Assembly (NCBI RefSeq): GCF_053078305.1
Contig: NZ_CP166879.1
Length of the DNA stretch: 64,000 bases
Reading direction: 5' to 3' (one strand)
Each line of letters starts with the position of its first letter. Position 1 is the stretch's first letter. Below the pieces are notes generated by a model. The model was not told the DNA's origin, ran no database searches, and worked only from the letters and a program-made list of their open reading frames with translations. Of the stretch, positions 24,180 to 36,173 are shown piece by piece. The position numbers and the translations under genes were made by a program.

Positions 24180-24935
24180 TTAGGTATTAATTAAACAAAT
24201 AAAGTTACTGTGCAGCCACAAAAACGAAGCCGGGATAGAGGTAGAGACTTTAGCCGTGAGAAAACGTTCTGTCGCATCCTGCTTTCCTTCGCCAGTCACC
24301 AGTAACAAAACCTCGCGGGCATTGAGAATATCCTTCAGGCCTAAGGTGATCCCACGAGTCACGGGGCGGCCCGCGGTTTTTAACATCTCATGTTGCTGTG
24401 TTCTGGCATCAAGTTGACTGATATGGCAGGCCGGTTGCAGGTTTTCTCCCGGTTCGTTCAGCCCAAGATGACCGTTTTTCCCCAATCCGAGAACGCATAA
24501 ATCCAGACCGCCTTTGCGCGCAATCAGGTTCGTTACCCGTTCGCACTCTGTCTCATTTATCTCTTCGGAGCGAAAGCTGATGAGCTGGTCTTCACGTAGC
24601 CCCAGCGGCTGCACGATATGCTGTTGCAGGAAAGTTTCGCAGGTGCCAGGCATCGTTAATGGCAGATCCACCCATTCGTCGAGCTTGACGATGGTCAGTT
24701 GGCTGACATCAACCTGCTGCTGGTGGATTTTTTCTACCAGATAATGATACGTCAGTAATGGCGTCGCTCCGGTCGGCAGGCAAATCACGGCATCCGGTTT
24801 ACTACGGATCACGGCCAATAAATATTCGCTGGCACGTTCACTTAACGCTGTATAGTTTTCAACTTGCTGAAGGGTTTGCACAGGATGAAATTCCTTAAGT
24901 AAAGAGGCACCGCCAGACGCAGTGCCTCGTTCCAT
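24180..24935 (-). CDS. agaI: galactosamine-6-phosphate deaminase/isomerase AgaI, 251 aa
   Basis: NagB-like sequence, recognised. Confidence 0.9.
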   Translation of the reverse strand: MERGTASGGASLLKEFHPVQTLQQVENYTALSERASEYLLAVIRSKPDAVICLPTGATPLLTYHYLVEKIHQQQVDVSQLTIVKLDEWVDLPLTMPGTCETFLQQHIVQPLGLREDQLISFRSEEINETECERVTNLIARKGGLDLCVLGLGKNGHLGLNEPGENLQPACHISQLDARTQQHEMLKTAGRPVTRGITLGLKDILNAREVLLLVTGEGKQDATERFLTAKVSTSIPASFLWLHSNFICLINT

Positions 24936-25727
24936 TTACAAAATGCCGAATGCGGAACAAACAATAGAGAGCACAAAAGTCACGCCGATTAACAGCACCG
25001 GATGCGCTTTTTTCACCCGCAGGAAGTAATACATCAGCAGGGTGTAGGCCATCGGTAAAATGTTCGGGAAGACTTTATCGAAGAAATCCTGTTGCAGCGC
25101 GACGCTGTGGGTACTGTCGATGGCAAACGATGTCACCACGTTAATATGCACATACGAAGCGATCAGCCCGCCGATTACCGTGATCCCGAGGATGGTTGCC
25201 GAGCGAGCAATCATCTGCGAGTTCTCTCGCACTTTATCGATCGCCTTCACGCCGACTGAATAACCGACGTGGGTCCAGCCGACGCGCAGGAAAAAGATAA
25301 GCAGGTAAACGGCGAAAAATAGAATCGGCCCCAGCAGGTTTCCCTGGCTGGCAAATGATGAGCAAATTCCCGCCATAATCGGCAACAAAGTAAACCAGAA
25401 AATCGCATCGCCAATCCCGGCGATTGGGCCAAACAGTGCCACTTTGAGGCCTTTAATGGTGTCGCGGTTTTCTCCTTTTTCTTCCATCGAAATTAATAAC
25501 CCCATCAGGAATCCGACCAGATTCGGGTGGGTATTAATAAATTCGAGGTTATCTTTCATCGCTGCGCTTAGGCCCGGTTTGTCATCCTTATAAATCTTTT
25601 TCAGGATCGGCAACATCGCCCAGGTAAAACCGCCCGCCTGCATCCTTTCGTAGTTAAAGCTCGCTTGCAGCAGCGACGAACGAAAGCCCAGACGGGTGAT
25701 ATCTTTTTTACTGATTTCAGATCCCAT
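24936..25727 (-). CDS. agaD: PTS galactosamine-specific EIID component AgaD, 263 aa
   Basis: Start set at MGSEISKKDITR; mannose-family IID. Confidence 0.88.
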   Translation of the reverse strand: MGSEISKKDITRLGFRSSLLQASFNYERMQAGGFTWAMLPILKKIYKDDKPGLSAAMKDNLEFINTHPNLVGFLMGLLISMEEKGENRDTIKGLKVALFGPIAGIGDAIFWFTLLPIMAGICSSFASQGNLLGPILFFAVYLLIFFLRVGWTHVGYSVGVKAIDKVRENSQMIARSATILGITVIGGLIASYVHINVVTSFAIDSTHSVALQQDFFDKVFPNILPMAYTLLMYYFLRVKKAHPVLLIGVTFVLSIVCSAFGIL

Positions 25728-26520
25728 TGCTGTAGTCCTCTTCTTCATTTTTACTGGCAACGGGCTGCGGTTGCGCTTGCTGCCGGGATTTCGCATTGAA
25801 AAACTCATACACCGCAAAGCCTGCGCCCAGTACGGCAACCGGCAACAGGTTGCTGACCTGGATGTAGCAAACAAACAGGAAGCCGGCGATCAGGTAAGGA
25901 ATATATTGTGCTTTGAACATCACGCGCAGCAGCAAGCCAAAACCAACGGCAGGCAGAATACCGCCAGCCACTTCAAAGCCGTGGGTCAGCCAGGCGGGCA
26001 TCGCTTTCACCAGCGCCTGCATCGCCCCTTGTGCCAGGTAAGTACAGAGGAAAGCAATCACCGCATACGCTGAAGCGACGATGAGCATCGTTGTCCAGTT
26101 AAGTCGGGAAAACGCTGCCGTATCCGCCTCTTTCGCGCATTTATCGGCTTTGGTCATAAATAATGAGAAAGCAGAATAGAAGAACAGAATGACGTACTGC
26201 ATTAACAAACTAAACGGCAGGCCAAGACCAATTGCCGTTTTGGCATCAACGCCCGTAGACCATGCAATGACGGTGGTCATCAGACCCGCCATAATCGGGT
26301 TGGGCGGCTGAACACCACCTGCAGGGGTTAATCCGGCGAAAGCCAACTCTGTCAGACCACCGGTAATTAAGCCAGTCTGAATATCACCGAGAATAGCGCC
26401 TGTTAGGGTACAAACGATTATCGGGCGGAATAAAAATAAGGCTTCCAGCCAAAAATCAATCCCCAGAACGAAAACTAACGCCGCCAGGGATAATCCCTGA
26501 AGTAGGGTTATTTCATGCAT
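25717..26520 (-). CDS. agaC: PTS galactosamine-specific EIIC component AgaC, 267 aa
   Basis: Mannose-family IIC, recognised. Confidence 0.9.
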   Translation of the reverse strand: MHEITLLQGLSLAALVFVLGIDFWLEALFLFRPIIVCTLTGAILGDIQTGLITGGLTELAFAGLTPAGGVQPPNPIMAGLMTTVIAWSTGVDAKTAIGLGLPFSLLMQYVILFFYSAFSLFMTKADKCAKEADTAAFSRLNWTTMLIVASAYAVIAFLCTYLAQGAMQALVKAMPAWLTHGFEVAGGILPAVGFGLLLRVMFKAQYIPYLIAGFLFVCYIQVSNLLPVAVLGAGFAVYEFFNAKSRQQAQPQPVASKNEEEDYSNGI

Positions 26521-26558
26521 TTTTATTACCTCAAACCAATATTAAGGCGATTTTAGAT

Positions 26559-27035
26559 TTAGTCAGGGATTTGTTCTTTTTGATCGCCAGGGACGTCCTG
26601 AATGAAAACATTCACGCCACGTTGTTTAATAAAACGTAAGTCCGCGAGATCCTGGTCATCGACATAAACTTTACTGCTGATTTGCTTTTTCCCTTCCGAG
26701 AAATGCATATTGCCGACGTTGACATCTTTCAGGTCAATGCCACCTTCTACCAATTTACGTACCGTTTGTGGCGTACGGCAAATCAGGAAGATCTTCTGAT
26801 GTGGTGCAGCTTTGCCGATGACGTTAATGGTTTTTTCGATAGTAAAGAAACGAATGCCAAAGCCGTAGGTTTCCGCGGTAATACCCATTAATTTCTGTTG
26901 AATATCATCGTTAGCGACAACATCATCCACGACTACCAGCAGATTTGCACCGATGGTGGATGTCCAGGTCACGCCAACCTGACCGTGAACCAGACGGTTA
27001 TCAATACGGGTTAAGAGAATATTTGGACTGCTCAT
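26559..27035 (-). CDS. agaB: PTS galactosamine-specific EIIB component AgaB, 158 aa
   Basis: Mannose-family IIB with RIDNRLVHGQV motif. Confidence 0.9.
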   Translation of the reverse strand: MSSPNILLTRIDNRLVHGQVGVTWTSTIGANLLVVVDDVVANDDIQQKLMGITAETYGFGIRFFTIEKTINVIGKAAPHQKIFLICRTPQTVRKLVEGGIDLKDVNVGNMHFSEGKKQISSKVYVDDQDLADLRFIKQRGVNVFIQDVPGDQKEQIPD

Positions 27036-27201
27036 TGTGTAATCCTCACCATAAAGTTGAATAATATAATTTTTTTAAATATATTATTGTTGCGATATTG
27101 TACTGATGTATTTATTAAGGTTTAGTCATCTCCTTTTCCATTAAGGCACTCCCCGATATTAATCGGGAAGTACATTGGGATAAATCATAAAAAACTAATG
27201 A

Positions 27202-28074
<873 letters not shown>

Positions 28075-29229
28075 TTATGCCTGCCACGGATGAATGATTA
28101 CGCCTTGCACCACGCGGTTAACGGTGCCACTGGCTGATGGGGTATCCGGCGTATTGCCCATGTGCAGCGACTGCATCAGTGCAAACGTCTGGGCGTACAT
28201 CAGGAAGCAAAATGCCTGCTCAACGTCGATAAAGTGACGTGACGGTGGCAGGATGATATGTGGACCGGCAGCGACGATGTCGCTGCTTTCCGCGGCGATG
28301 GCTATTACACGCATTGCCTGATTGTCACGGCGAAGTTCAGCCAGCAGATCAAGATCATACTGACGGGTGTAAGGGTGGCTGGAGACAAATACCACCACCA
28401 GCGTTTCGTCATCGACCAGCGATTTTGGTCCATGACGGAATCCGGTTGGAGAATCATAAAAGGCCGCCAGTTTACCCGCCGTCAGTTCCAGCACTTTCAG
28501 CGCCGACTCGCGTGCTGCGCCCTGTAAGCCACCGCTACCGAGATAAACGATCCGTTTCCACGGTGCGTAACCAAACACACCTTCGCTGAAATCGCCCAGT
28601 GAGGTCAGGATCGCCTGGCAACGATCCGCCACGTCGCGGAAGGTTTGGCTGTTGATCGTCTCAGGTGCGAAAACCGCGAGGCAGCTGGCCATCATGGTGG
28701 TAATGCTGCTGGTCATCGCAAAGCCGCGATCGTGCGTTTCTGCGGGCATCAGCAGGGCAAACGCGTTATCGCTGTTGATCGCGTTTTGGTAAAGAGCGCC
28801 CGCTTCGTTGCAGGTGATCGGCAGGTGATAGCATTCTGGTACAAATTGATTTGCCAGTTCCACGGCGGCGACGCTTTCCGGGCTGTTGCCGGATCGACCG
28901 AAGGAGATCAACAGCAGCGGATGGGCTGGGTTCAGGTAGTCCATCGGATTAGTGACCAGATCGGTGGTCGGTACGGCGCTGAAGTTTTTACCGGTATGGC
29001 TGGCGAGCCACGGCGCGATGATGTCACCGATAAATGCTGAGGTTCCGGCTCCGGTCAGGATGATCCGCAGATTCTCTTTGCGCAGTAACGGTTCAAGGAA
29101 GTTATTGAGCGCGGAACGTAGCGCGTCGATGTTGGTGAGTGAACGGATCCATGCGCGAGGCTGTTGGCGGATCTCTTCTTCAGTCCATGTACCGGTTGCG
29201 GCGGCAGCAGGGGTGTAATTTTCTGGCAT
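28075..29229 (-). CDS. agaS: putative galactosamine-6-phosphate deaminase/isomerase AgaS (SIS domains), 384 aa
   Basis: ORF recognised. Confidence 0.9.
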   Translation of the reverse strand: MPENYTPAAAATGTWTEEEIRQQPRAWIRSLTNIDALRSALNNFLEPLLRKENLRIILTGAGTSAFIGDIIAPWLASHTGKNFSAVPTTDLVTNPMDYLNPAHPLLLISFGRSGNSPESVAAVELANQFVPECYHLPITCNEAGALYQNAINSDNAFALLMPAETHDRGFAMTSSITTMMASCLAVFAPETINSQTFRDVADRCQAILTSLGDFSEGVFGYAPWKRIVYLGSGGLQGAARESALKVLELTAGKLAAFYDSPTGFRHGPKSLVDDETLVVVFVSSHPYTRQYDLDLLAELRRDNQAMRVIAIAAESSDIVAAGPHIILPPSRHFIDVEQAFCFLMYAQTFALMQSLHMGNTPDTPSASGTVNRVVQGVIIHPWQA

Positions 29230-29264
29230 AACTCAATCCTTAGTCTGATGAACTTGACGTCGGG

Positions 29265-29400
29265 CGTTGTCGCTTTCGCTTACCTTTCGTTTCATTTCAC
29301 TTGGTGATGTCTTTCGTTGATTAAAATCTATAGAAAAGAAATCGAAAGTTCAATGGAGAAAAAGGAAATAAAACGAAATCTGTGATCATTGAAAGAAAAG
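29265..29400. promoter_or_regulatory. agaS promoter region with clustered CTTTCG/CGAAAG motifs (candidate AgaR operators)
   Basis: cgctttcgcttacctttcgtttcatttcac, gtctttcgttga, atcgaaagtt, aaacgaaatc read from sequence; matches the CTTTC-rich AgaR site pattern. Confidence 0.6.
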
Positions 29401-29449
29401 ACAAGGGAAGATTAAAGAATTGCGTAATGACGTCGCTATGTTCACCGAT

Positions 29450-29505
29450 TGCCGGATGCGGCGTATCGTAGGTCGGATAAGACGCGTTAGCGTCGCATCC
29501 GACAC
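29450..29505. repeat. REP element between agaA and agaS
   Basis: gccggatgcggcgtatcgtaggtcggataagacgcgttagcgtcgcatccgaca. Confidence 0.7.
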
Positions 29506-29579
29506 CGCTGCACAGATCAAAAAGAAAGAAAAAGAAAGGCCTTACGGGGGAAGTGAAGGCCCAATAAAGGAGCAAACCA

Positions 29580-30713
29580 TCAAAACGAAGCTAATTGACC
29601 CTGAATCCAGATTTGTTGCACATGTAGCCCGCTATCCAGCGCAACGACGCTGGCGCGTTTGCCCGGTTTAAGCGATCCCAGAACACCATCAACACCCAGC
29701 ATTCGCGCCGGATGCAGCGACGCCATATGAATGGCTTCCGCAGGCGTTACGCCCGTCAACTCGACCATATTGCGCACTGCCGCATCAACAGACAGCGTAC
29801 TGCCCGCCAGCCCACCGGACGCGGTACGGACAACGCCACCGTGCATCTGCACTTCTTCACCACATAACGTATAGCGACCATCCGGCATCCCAGCTGCCTG
29901 CATCGCGTCGGTGATCAGTACGATTCTCTCTTTCGCACAGCAACAACACAGCGACATCGCCGCCGGATGCACATGATGACCATCGGCTATCAGTTCCAGC
30001 CAGGCGCGCTTGTCCGTTAATCCCGCGCCAACCATTCCCGGTTCGCGGTGATGTAAACCTGTCATCCCGTTATAGCAATGCACCAGGCCGTCGGCACCAG
30101 CATCAAACGCGGCGCGAGTTTGTTGCCAGGTCGCCGCGCTATGCCCCAGCATCACTCGTACATTTTGCTGTTTAAGATGGCGGATGGCCTGCAATGCCCC
30201 CTCTTTTTCCGGTGCCAGCGCTACCACGCGTAAGGTGTGCTGAGAAACGGCAATCAATTGATCCAGCTCGGCAATTTCAAGCTCGCGAAACAACTCCGGC
30301 GGATGCGCGCCTTTATTCTGCGGCGTGAAGTACGGTCCTTCGAGATAACTCCCCAGCACTTGCGCACCAGGTCCGCCGCGTTGGCAACGTTGAGCAATAC
30401 GTTTCAGCGCCGCATGAATGGTGTTAAGCGGCGCGGTTACGGTAGTCGGCAACCAACTGCCGACACCTTCGCGTGCCTTGTGCATTGCCAGCTTGTCGAG
30501 CACATCCGGCGCGTCATCCATTACATCAACGCCCGCACCACCGTGTACATGGGTGTCGATGTAAGCGGGGCAGAGCAGTTCCGCATCGCGTTCAGTCACG
30601 CCCACTGGAATCGGTTCGATTGCTGCGATGACACCGTCAGCAATACGCAACTGATGGTCATCGAGCCATCCCTCTTCAGTCAGCAGCCTTCTGGCGCGCA
30701 GAACGTGTGTCAT
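29580..30713 (-). CDS. agaA: N-acetylgalactosamine-6-phosphate deacetylase AgaA, 377 aa, intact
   Basis: Full-length NagA-like ORF; start set at MTHVLRARRLLTEEG. Confidence 0.87.
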   Translation of the reverse strand: MTHVLRARRLLTEEGWLDDHQLRIADGVIAAIEPIPVGVTERDAELLCPAYIDTHVHGGAGVDVMDDAPDVLDKLAMHKAREGVGSWLPTTVTAPLNTIHAALKRIAQRCQRGGPGAQVLGSYLEGPYFTPQNKGAHPPELFRELEIAELDQLIAVSQHTLRVVALAPEKEGALQAIRHLKQQNVRVMLGHSAATWQQTRAAFDAGADGLVHCYNGMTGLHHREPGMVGAGLTDKRAWLELIADGHHVHPAAMSLCCCCAKERIVLITDAMQAAGMPDGRYTLCGEEVQMHGGVVRTASGGLAGSTLSVDAAVRNMVELTGVTPAEAIHMASLHPARMLGVDGVLGSLKPGKRASVVALDSGLHVQQIWIQGQLASF

Positions 30714-31144
30714 ATCCCTTCCTCGACCGGACATTCTTCATGGCAGCGGCCTAACTCGTCCACCAGACTGGTCAGCCCACGATGTCCACACTCCAGCGCC
30801 TGTACACGGAATTCTTCACCGCTTAACCCTTCGCGCTCCAGCACCATCTCCAGTAGCAGTTGCAAATTGGTGCCGGTGATCACTTCACAGCCCGGTTTTT
30901 GCATCGCCAGCGTTGAAGCTACGCGAAACGGCGTGCCGCCCAGCAAATCCGTCAGAAAAACAATGCCGTCTTCACAATCCAGTTGGGCGATGGCCTCTTC
31001 AAGCTGCGATGTAAGCAGCGCGGTGCTTGAGGTTTCCGGAAAATCGATGGCGATAAACTGCGATTGCTCACCGAGAATTTGCTTCATTGCTTTTTCCATG
31101 CCGCTGGCAAACCCGCCATGCCCTGTCAAAATAATACTTAACAT
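30710..31144 (-). CDS. agaF: PTS EIIA component AgaF, 144 aa
   Basis: Mannose-family IIA, recognised. Confidence 0.87.
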   Translation of the reverse strand: MLSIILTGHGGFASGMEKAMKQILGEQSQFIAIDFPETSSTALLTSQLEEAIAQLDCEDGIVFLTDLLGGTPFRVASTLAMQKPGCEVITGTNLQLLLEMVLEREGLSGEEFRVQALECGHRGLTSLVDELGRCHEECPVEEGI

Positions 31145-31161
31145 CTAATACCTCATTGTAT

Positions 31162-32046
31162 TTAAAGGAAATGGCAGAATTTACCGACGATGCCGAGAAC
31201 CACGGTAACTGCAATCAGACGCAGCGGACTCCAGCCGCGGCGTACCAACCAAAACATGGTCAGGGTGTAGACCAACGGTAAGAAGGCAGGCATCAGTTTG
31301 TCGATAACATCAGCCTGTAACTTAACCACTGCGTCGCCCGCTGTGATTTCCAGCGTGGTGCTTAAACGAACATAGGTTGCCACCAGCGCACCGATTACCG
31401 TCATCCCAACGATAGACGCAGCATGGCCGACTTTTTTGGTATTCGCTTTAATGAGTGGAATCGCCGCCACGCCCATGCGGTAAGCATAATGCGCCAGACC
31501 AAAACGCAGCCCCAGGTGGACCACGTTGAACAGCACAATAAAGACGACTGCGCCAAGAATGGAGCCTTGCAATGCCAGACTGGCTCCAATCCCGCCACAA
31601 ATCGGCAGTAGCGTTAGCCAGAACATTGCATCGCCAATCCCGCCGAGCGGCGCACCGACGGCAATTTTGGTGCTCTGAATACTGTTAACGTCCTGCTTAG
31701 AACGCTCCATCGCAAGGATAATGCCGATAACAAATGTCACCAGAAACGGATGGGTATTGAAGAAACCCATATGCCCCTTCATGGCGCGCGCCAGGTCGCG
31801 TTTATTAGTGTGGATCTTTTTCAGAGCAGGCAGCAGACCGTACAACCAGCCGGAAGCCTGCATACGTTCGTAGTTAAAAGACGCTTGTAACAGCATGGAA
31901 CGCCAGGCGACGCGATTGATATCTTTTTTCGTCAGCTCCGCGCCAATGCTCTGATCTTCATACACATTTTCATTGACGCCAGTCAGCAATGTTTCTTCGT
32001 TTTCACTGACGTTCGGCAGGGTGGTTTGATTAGATGCCATCTTCAA
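31162..32046 (-). CDS. agaE: PTS N-acetylgalactosamine-specific EIID component AgaE (about 292-294 aa)
   Basis: Paralogous to agaD; exact start among the first three codons uncertain. Confidence 0.86.
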   Translation of the reverse strand: MKMASNQTTLPNVSENEETLLTGVNENVYEDQSIGAELTKKDINRVAWRSMLLQASFNYERMQASGWLYGLLPALKKIHTNKRDLARAMKGHMGFFNTHPFLVTFVIGIILAMERSKQDVNSIQSTKIAVGAPLGGIGDAMFWLTLLPICGGIGASLALQGSILGAVVFIVLFNVVHLGLRFGLAHYAYRMGVAAIPLIKANTKKVGHAASIVGMTVIGALVATYVRLSTTLEITAGDAVVKLQADVIDKLMPAFLPLVYTLTMFWLVRRGWSPLRLIAVTVVLGIVGKFCHFL

Positions 32047-32809
32047 ATTCCTCTTTCTGTGCCGCAGGTTGAGTCGGTTCAGGAGATTTACGCAGCAGAT
32101 CGATCAGCGCCATCGCCAGCGCGGCGGCAGCAATAGCCAGCACCGGTAACTTGAGCCAGGCTGCGGCAACAAAGCCCAGGATGAAGTAGGGGATGTAGAC
32201 GTTTTTCATCATGATTTTCAGCAGCACGGCAAAACCGATTGCTGGCATGATGCCGCCCGCGACGCCGAGGCCGTCGATTAATCGTTGCGGCAGGACATCA
32301 ATGATGGTTTTTGCATGTTCCGCGCCGAAGTAGATAGGCAGGAAAGCGCAGAGAAAATAGAAAGTGCCGAGTGCCAGCAGTGCCAGATAGTTTACGCGTT
32401 CAATGCCGCGAGTATCGGCGTTCTCCGCCATCCGGTCGCAGCGAGACATCACGCCAGACATCACCGAGAACAGGAAGGTAATCCCCATCTGTACTGCGAC
32501 AGCGAAAGGTACGGCGACACCGACTGCGACATCGGGTTTCACGCCAGTAGTAATGGCAAACGCCGTGCCGACGATAGTACCGATAATCACGTTAGGCGGC
32601 TGTGCGCCCGCCAGCGGGGCCAGCCCCATCCACACCAGTTCCAGCGTACCGCCGGTTAAAATACCGGTATGCAGATCGCCAAGTACCAGCCCGACTAACG
32701 GGCCGAGGACCACCGGGCGGTGCATATGGGTTAAGCCGTTAAACATATCCAGGCCAGCGATAAAGGCGATAATGCCCAACGCGAATGCCTGCAACAGACT
32801 GATTTCCAT
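32030..32809 (-). CDS. agaW: PTS N-acetylgalactosamine-specific EIIC component AgaW, 259 aa, intact
   Basis: Paralogous to agaC. Confidence 0.87.
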   Translation of the reverse strand: MEISLLQAFALGIIAFIAGLDMFNGLTHMHRPVVLGPLVGLVLGDLHTGILTGGTLELVWMGLAPLAGAQPPNVIIGTIVGTAFAITTGVKPDVAVGVAVPFAVAVQMGITFLFSVMSGVMSRCDRMAENADTRGIERVNYLALLALGTFYFLCAFLPIYFGAEHAKTIIDVLPQRLIDGLGVAGGIMPAIGFAVLLKIMMKNVYIPYFILGFVAAAWLKLPVLAIAAAALAMALIDLLRKSPEPTQPAAQKEEFEDGI

Positions 32810-32819
32810 GATGAATCCC

Positions 32820-33293
32820 TCAAAGTAATTTAAAGAGGTCCACAGCAGGCTCTGTCGGGACGCCCTGAACGAAGCATTCCACCCCAGCGGCTTTCAGGTC
32901 GTTAAATGCTGCGATATCGCCCGCATCCACAGAAACCGTTTTGGCGATTTGTTGCTTGCCATTGGCGTAGTGCATATTGCCAACGTTAATGCGATTCACC
33001 GGAACGCCACCTTTCACCAGCGTCAGGAAATCGGCGGGTGTTTTACAAACCAGCAGGATTTTCTGTCGATCGGCGGCGCGATGAATGTTGTCGATAACTT
33101 TTTGCAGCGTCCAGAAACGTACGGCGATCCCTTCTGCCAGTACCATTTCCATCAGGTTTTGTTGTACCGGATCTTCGGCAACCTCATCGTTGGCTACCAG
33201 CACCAGATTTGCCCCCGCAAATCCGACCCACTGAACGCCGACCTGACCGTGAATCAAGCGTTCATCAATCCGGCTTAAAACAATATTTGGCAT
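32820..33293 (-). CDS. agaV: PTS N-acetylgalactosamine-specific EIIB component AgaV, 157 aa
   Basis: Start set at MPNIVLSRIDERLIHGQ. Confidence 0.87.
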   Translation of the reverse strand: MPNIVLSRIDERLIHGQVGVQWVGFAGANLVLVANDEVAEDPVQQNLMEMVLAEGIAVRFWTLQKVIDNIHRAADRQKILLVCKTPADFLTLVKGGVPVNRINVGNMHYANGKQQIAKTVSVDAGDIAAFNDLKAAGVECFVQGVPTEPAVDLFKLL

Positions 33294-33315
33294 AGCGTGT
33301 TCCTCTTTGTTTTGC

Positions 33316-34596
33316 TTATTGGCCTTCACAGGCTGTGTGGTACTGCGCCAGGATGTCCTGAATATGGTTGATAATGAGTTCCCGTGGCGTTGGCTGCAGC
33401 TCGCCGGAGCGAACTTTCACGTACTGCAGCGGCAGATACTGGCTGATCAGCGGCAGCGGAATCGGTGAATCCGCCAGATTACGTACCAGATGAGCGAAAG
33501 CGTCATCAATCTGGCTGTCCGGCCAGTAATAGCGCACGCGATCCGAGTAGCTATAACCACGCGCCAGACGACGCGCGTTGCCGTCACCGTGGTAGTGGCT
33601 TTGCCAGTATTCCGGGCGGTCGAGCATCACGTTTTCCAGCACCTGACGCAGACCAGAACAGGCTTTTGCTGGCACCAGTTCTTCTTCAATCGCTGCCAGA
33701 GAGAACAGAGCTTCACGCAGGGCGAAGGTCAGCGCCGGGCCAACTTTCAGAATGGCAAAGTGGTCAATCACCAGCTGGCGCAGCGATTGCGGCGTTTGAT
33801 AATCGGTAGAGTGCGCTTCGAAAATCAGCGTTTCGTAGCTTTCGACCATCTGGCTTAAGGCGGTCGCTTTGGCGGGCTGATAATCAATAACGTTGGTGTG
33901 ATCGAATTCGACGCCGGGTTGAACCACCAGGGCAATGATGCGTGGCCAGATGGCATTCAAACCTTGCTTTTCAAAGGCGTGACGATGGGCTTCCAGCGTG
34001 GCGCGGGCGGCATCCGGCGTGGTGACCGCCAGCTCGCTTAAGGTTTCATGCGCGCCGCCAGGTACCGGCACTTCGGTACCAATGACATACTCCAGATCGG
34101 CTTCGCCAAAGTGTTCAAGACAGGTTTCTTCCGCCACTTTCGCCAGACGGGCGGCGCGTTCAGCCACGATGTCATCAGTTAAGGGAATCGGATCGTCCTG
34201 ACAGGACATGCTGCAATCAAGGTGGATTTTTTTGAATCCTGCCGCAACGTAGCTTTTAATCAAATCATCGGCATTGGCCATTGCCTGAGCGGCCGGCAGG
34301 TTTTGCCAGCGGTTCGGCCCCAGATGGTCACCACCCAGAATCAACGCATCCTGCGGGAAATTCAACGAGTCGGCGAGCTGACAAACAAAGCCGCGAAAAT
34401 CGGCGGGCGTCATTCCGGTATAACCGCCGAACTGGTCTACCTGATTGGAGGTTGCTTCAATCAGTAACGGCGTTTGGTTTGCACTGGCGTAGCGGATTGC
34501 AGCCTCCAGCACCAGCGGATGTGCGGAACAAACGGCATAAATTCCATTTGTTTTGCCCGCTTTGTGCTGTCTCACCATTTCTGTCAGATGTTTCAC
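33316..34596 (-). CDS. kbaZ: tagatose-bisphosphate aldolase non-catalytic subunit KbaZ (AgaZ), 426 aa
   Basis: ORF recognised. Confidence 0.9.
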   Translation of the reverse strand: MKHLTEMVRQHKAGKTNGIYAVCSAHPLVLEAAIRYASANQTPLLIEATSNQVDQFGGYTGMTPADFRGFVCQLADSLNFPQDALILGGDHLGPNRWQNLPAAQAMANADDLIKSYVAAGFKKIHLDCSMSCQDDPIPLTDDIVAERAARLAKVAEETCLEHFGEADLEYVIGTEVPVPGGAHETLSELAVTTPDAARATLEAHRHAFEKQGLNAIWPRIIALVVQPGVEFDHTNVIDYQPAKATALSQMVESYETLIFEAHSTDYQTPQSLRQLVIDHFAILKVGPALTFALREALFSLAAIEEELVPAKACSGLRQVLENVMLDRPEYWQSHYHGDGNARRLARGYSYSDRVRYYWPDSQIDDAFAHLVRNLADSPIPLPLISQYLPLQYVKVRSGELQPTPRELIINHIQDILAQYHTACEGQ

Positions 34597-34629
34597 TTTC
34601 CTCTCCAGTTCAGATTACTGCGATATTAA

Positions 34630-34840
34630 TCTTTCGTTTTGTTTCACTTGATACTGCGTCATGGTGAGATAAAAATAAAACGAAAGATAATGGTTTTCTG
34701 ATCTGATTCACAAAAGAAACATAATGAAAGTCACTGAAACGAGAGTAGCTTGCGTCAATGGGCAAGGTGGGCTTGCATTTGCTTAATAGAAAGGCGTTAA
34801 TAGGCAAAACGAAATGAAACGAAAGTTTTACGAAAGGACT
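34630..34840. promoter_or_regulatory. kbaZ/agaR divergent promoter region with multiple CTTTCG/CGAAAG motifs (candidate AgaR operators)
   Basis: ctttcgttttgtttcac, aaacgaaagataa, aatgaaagtcactgaaacgag, aaacgaaatgaaacgaaagttttacgaaagg. Confidence 0.6.
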
Positions 34841-34844
34841 TACT

Positions 34845-35654
34845 ATGAGTAATACCGACGCTTCAGGTGAGAAGCGAGTGACAGGCACCAGCGAGCGACG
34901 AGAACAGATCATTCAGCGTCTGCGACTGCAAGGGAGTGTGCAGGTTAACGATCTGTCGGCATTGTATGGCGTATCTACTGTGACGATCCGCAACGATCTG
35001 GCGTTTCTGGAAAAGCAGGGGATCGCTGTGCGTGCCTATGGTGGCGCGTTGATCTGCGATAGCACGACGCCGTCAGTCGAGCCATCAGTGGAAGATAAAA
35101 GCGCGCTGAACACCGCAATGAAACGCAGCGTTGCGAAAGCTGCCGTTGAGTTGATTCAGCCAGGTCATCGGGTGATCCTCGATTCCGGGACCACCACTTT
35201 TGAGATTGCTCGTCTGATGCGCAAGCACACTGACGTAATTGCGATGACCAACGGTATGAACGTGGCTAATGCGTTGCTGGAAGCGGAAGGCGTTGAGCTG
35301 CTGATGACCGGCGGGCATTTGCGCCGTCAGTCGCAATCTTTTTACGGCGATCAGGCTGAACAATCGCTGCAAAATTACCACTTCGATATGCTGTTTCTTG
35401 GTGTAGATGCGATCGATCTGGAGCGCGGCGTCAGCACACATAATGAAGATGAAGCCCGTTTAAACCGCCGGATGTGCGAAGTTGCGGAACGGATCATCGT
35501 GGTCACCGATTCCAGTAAGTTCAATCGTTCCAGTTTACATAAGATCATTGATACTCAACGTATCGACATGATCATTGTTGATGAAGGCATTCCTGCGGAT
35601 AGTCTGGAAGGACTGCGAAAGGCTGGGGTTGAAGTGATTCTGGTCGGGGAGTGA
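34845..35654 (+). CDS. agaR: DeoR-family repressor AgaR, 269 aa
   Basis: N-terminal HTH plus DeoR C-terminal domain, recognised. Confidence 0.92.
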   Translation: MSNTDASGEKRVTGTSERREQIIQRLRLQGSVQVNDLSALYGVSTVTIRNDLAFLEKQGIAVRAYGGALICDSTTPSVEPSVEDKSALNTAMKRSVAKAAVELIQPGHRVILDSGTTTFEIARLMRKHTDVIAMTNGMNVANALLEAEGVELLMTGGHLRRQSQSFYGDQAEQSLQNYHFDMLFLGVDAIDLERGVSTHNEDEARLNRRMCEVAERIIVVTDSSKFNRSSLHKIIDTQRIDMIIVDEGIPADSLEGLRKAGVEVILVGE

Positions 35655-35708
35655 GAAAGGGTGCCCGCTGGTCAACACGAATGCGTTCGGCGGGCATTGT
35701 GAATACCA

Positions 35709-36173
35709 TCAATGGTTTTCTTCTGTCTCTTGGGTGAGGGTTTCCCAGTCGGCAGGAGGATGTCCTCTTTTTAACATTTTGCTGAATACGGTATAGGCAT
35801 CTGTTTTTTTACCGTAGGTGCGAAGAGTGTTTTCATCGTTCATCCATCCCAGAATGATGACTTTCTCTTTTTCACTATAACGAAAGAAGAGACGATAACG
35901 ACCAGCCCCAAATTTTACCCATGACCAGTCTTTATTTTTCCCTGAGCCTAACGACTTGCCATGACGGAATGCCGGTGATGATGGATTGACCGTGATATGC
36001 TCCTCAATCACTTTGTGAACTGCTGCCAATAACTTTGTGGCGGCATTTCTCTAATAATTTTCAGGATCTTTTCCCTTTAATGCCTCGACTTCGGCAACTA
36101 AAGCATCGTAGGTTTCCTGAAAACAGGGATGAGCATATAGCGCCCAACCATTAACCCTTTGTGGAAAATCCAT
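35709..36173 (-). pseudogene. yhaV: yhaV toxin gene (154-codon frame) interrupted by in-frame TAG at codon 41
   Basis: ATG at 36173 overlaps the prlF stop by 1 nt; frame reads MDFPQRVNGWALYAHPCFQETYDALVAEVEALKGKDPENY then TAG (36051-36053), then continues in the same frame through the recognisable YhaV C-terminus. Confidence 0.75.

Noticed and set aside
29321-29575. 84-aa ORF in the agaS-agaA intergenic region
   Set aside because: Overlaps the REP element and the CTTTCG-rich operator cluster; no Shine-Dalgarno sequence or recognisable product, so it is more likely non-coding regulatory DNA.
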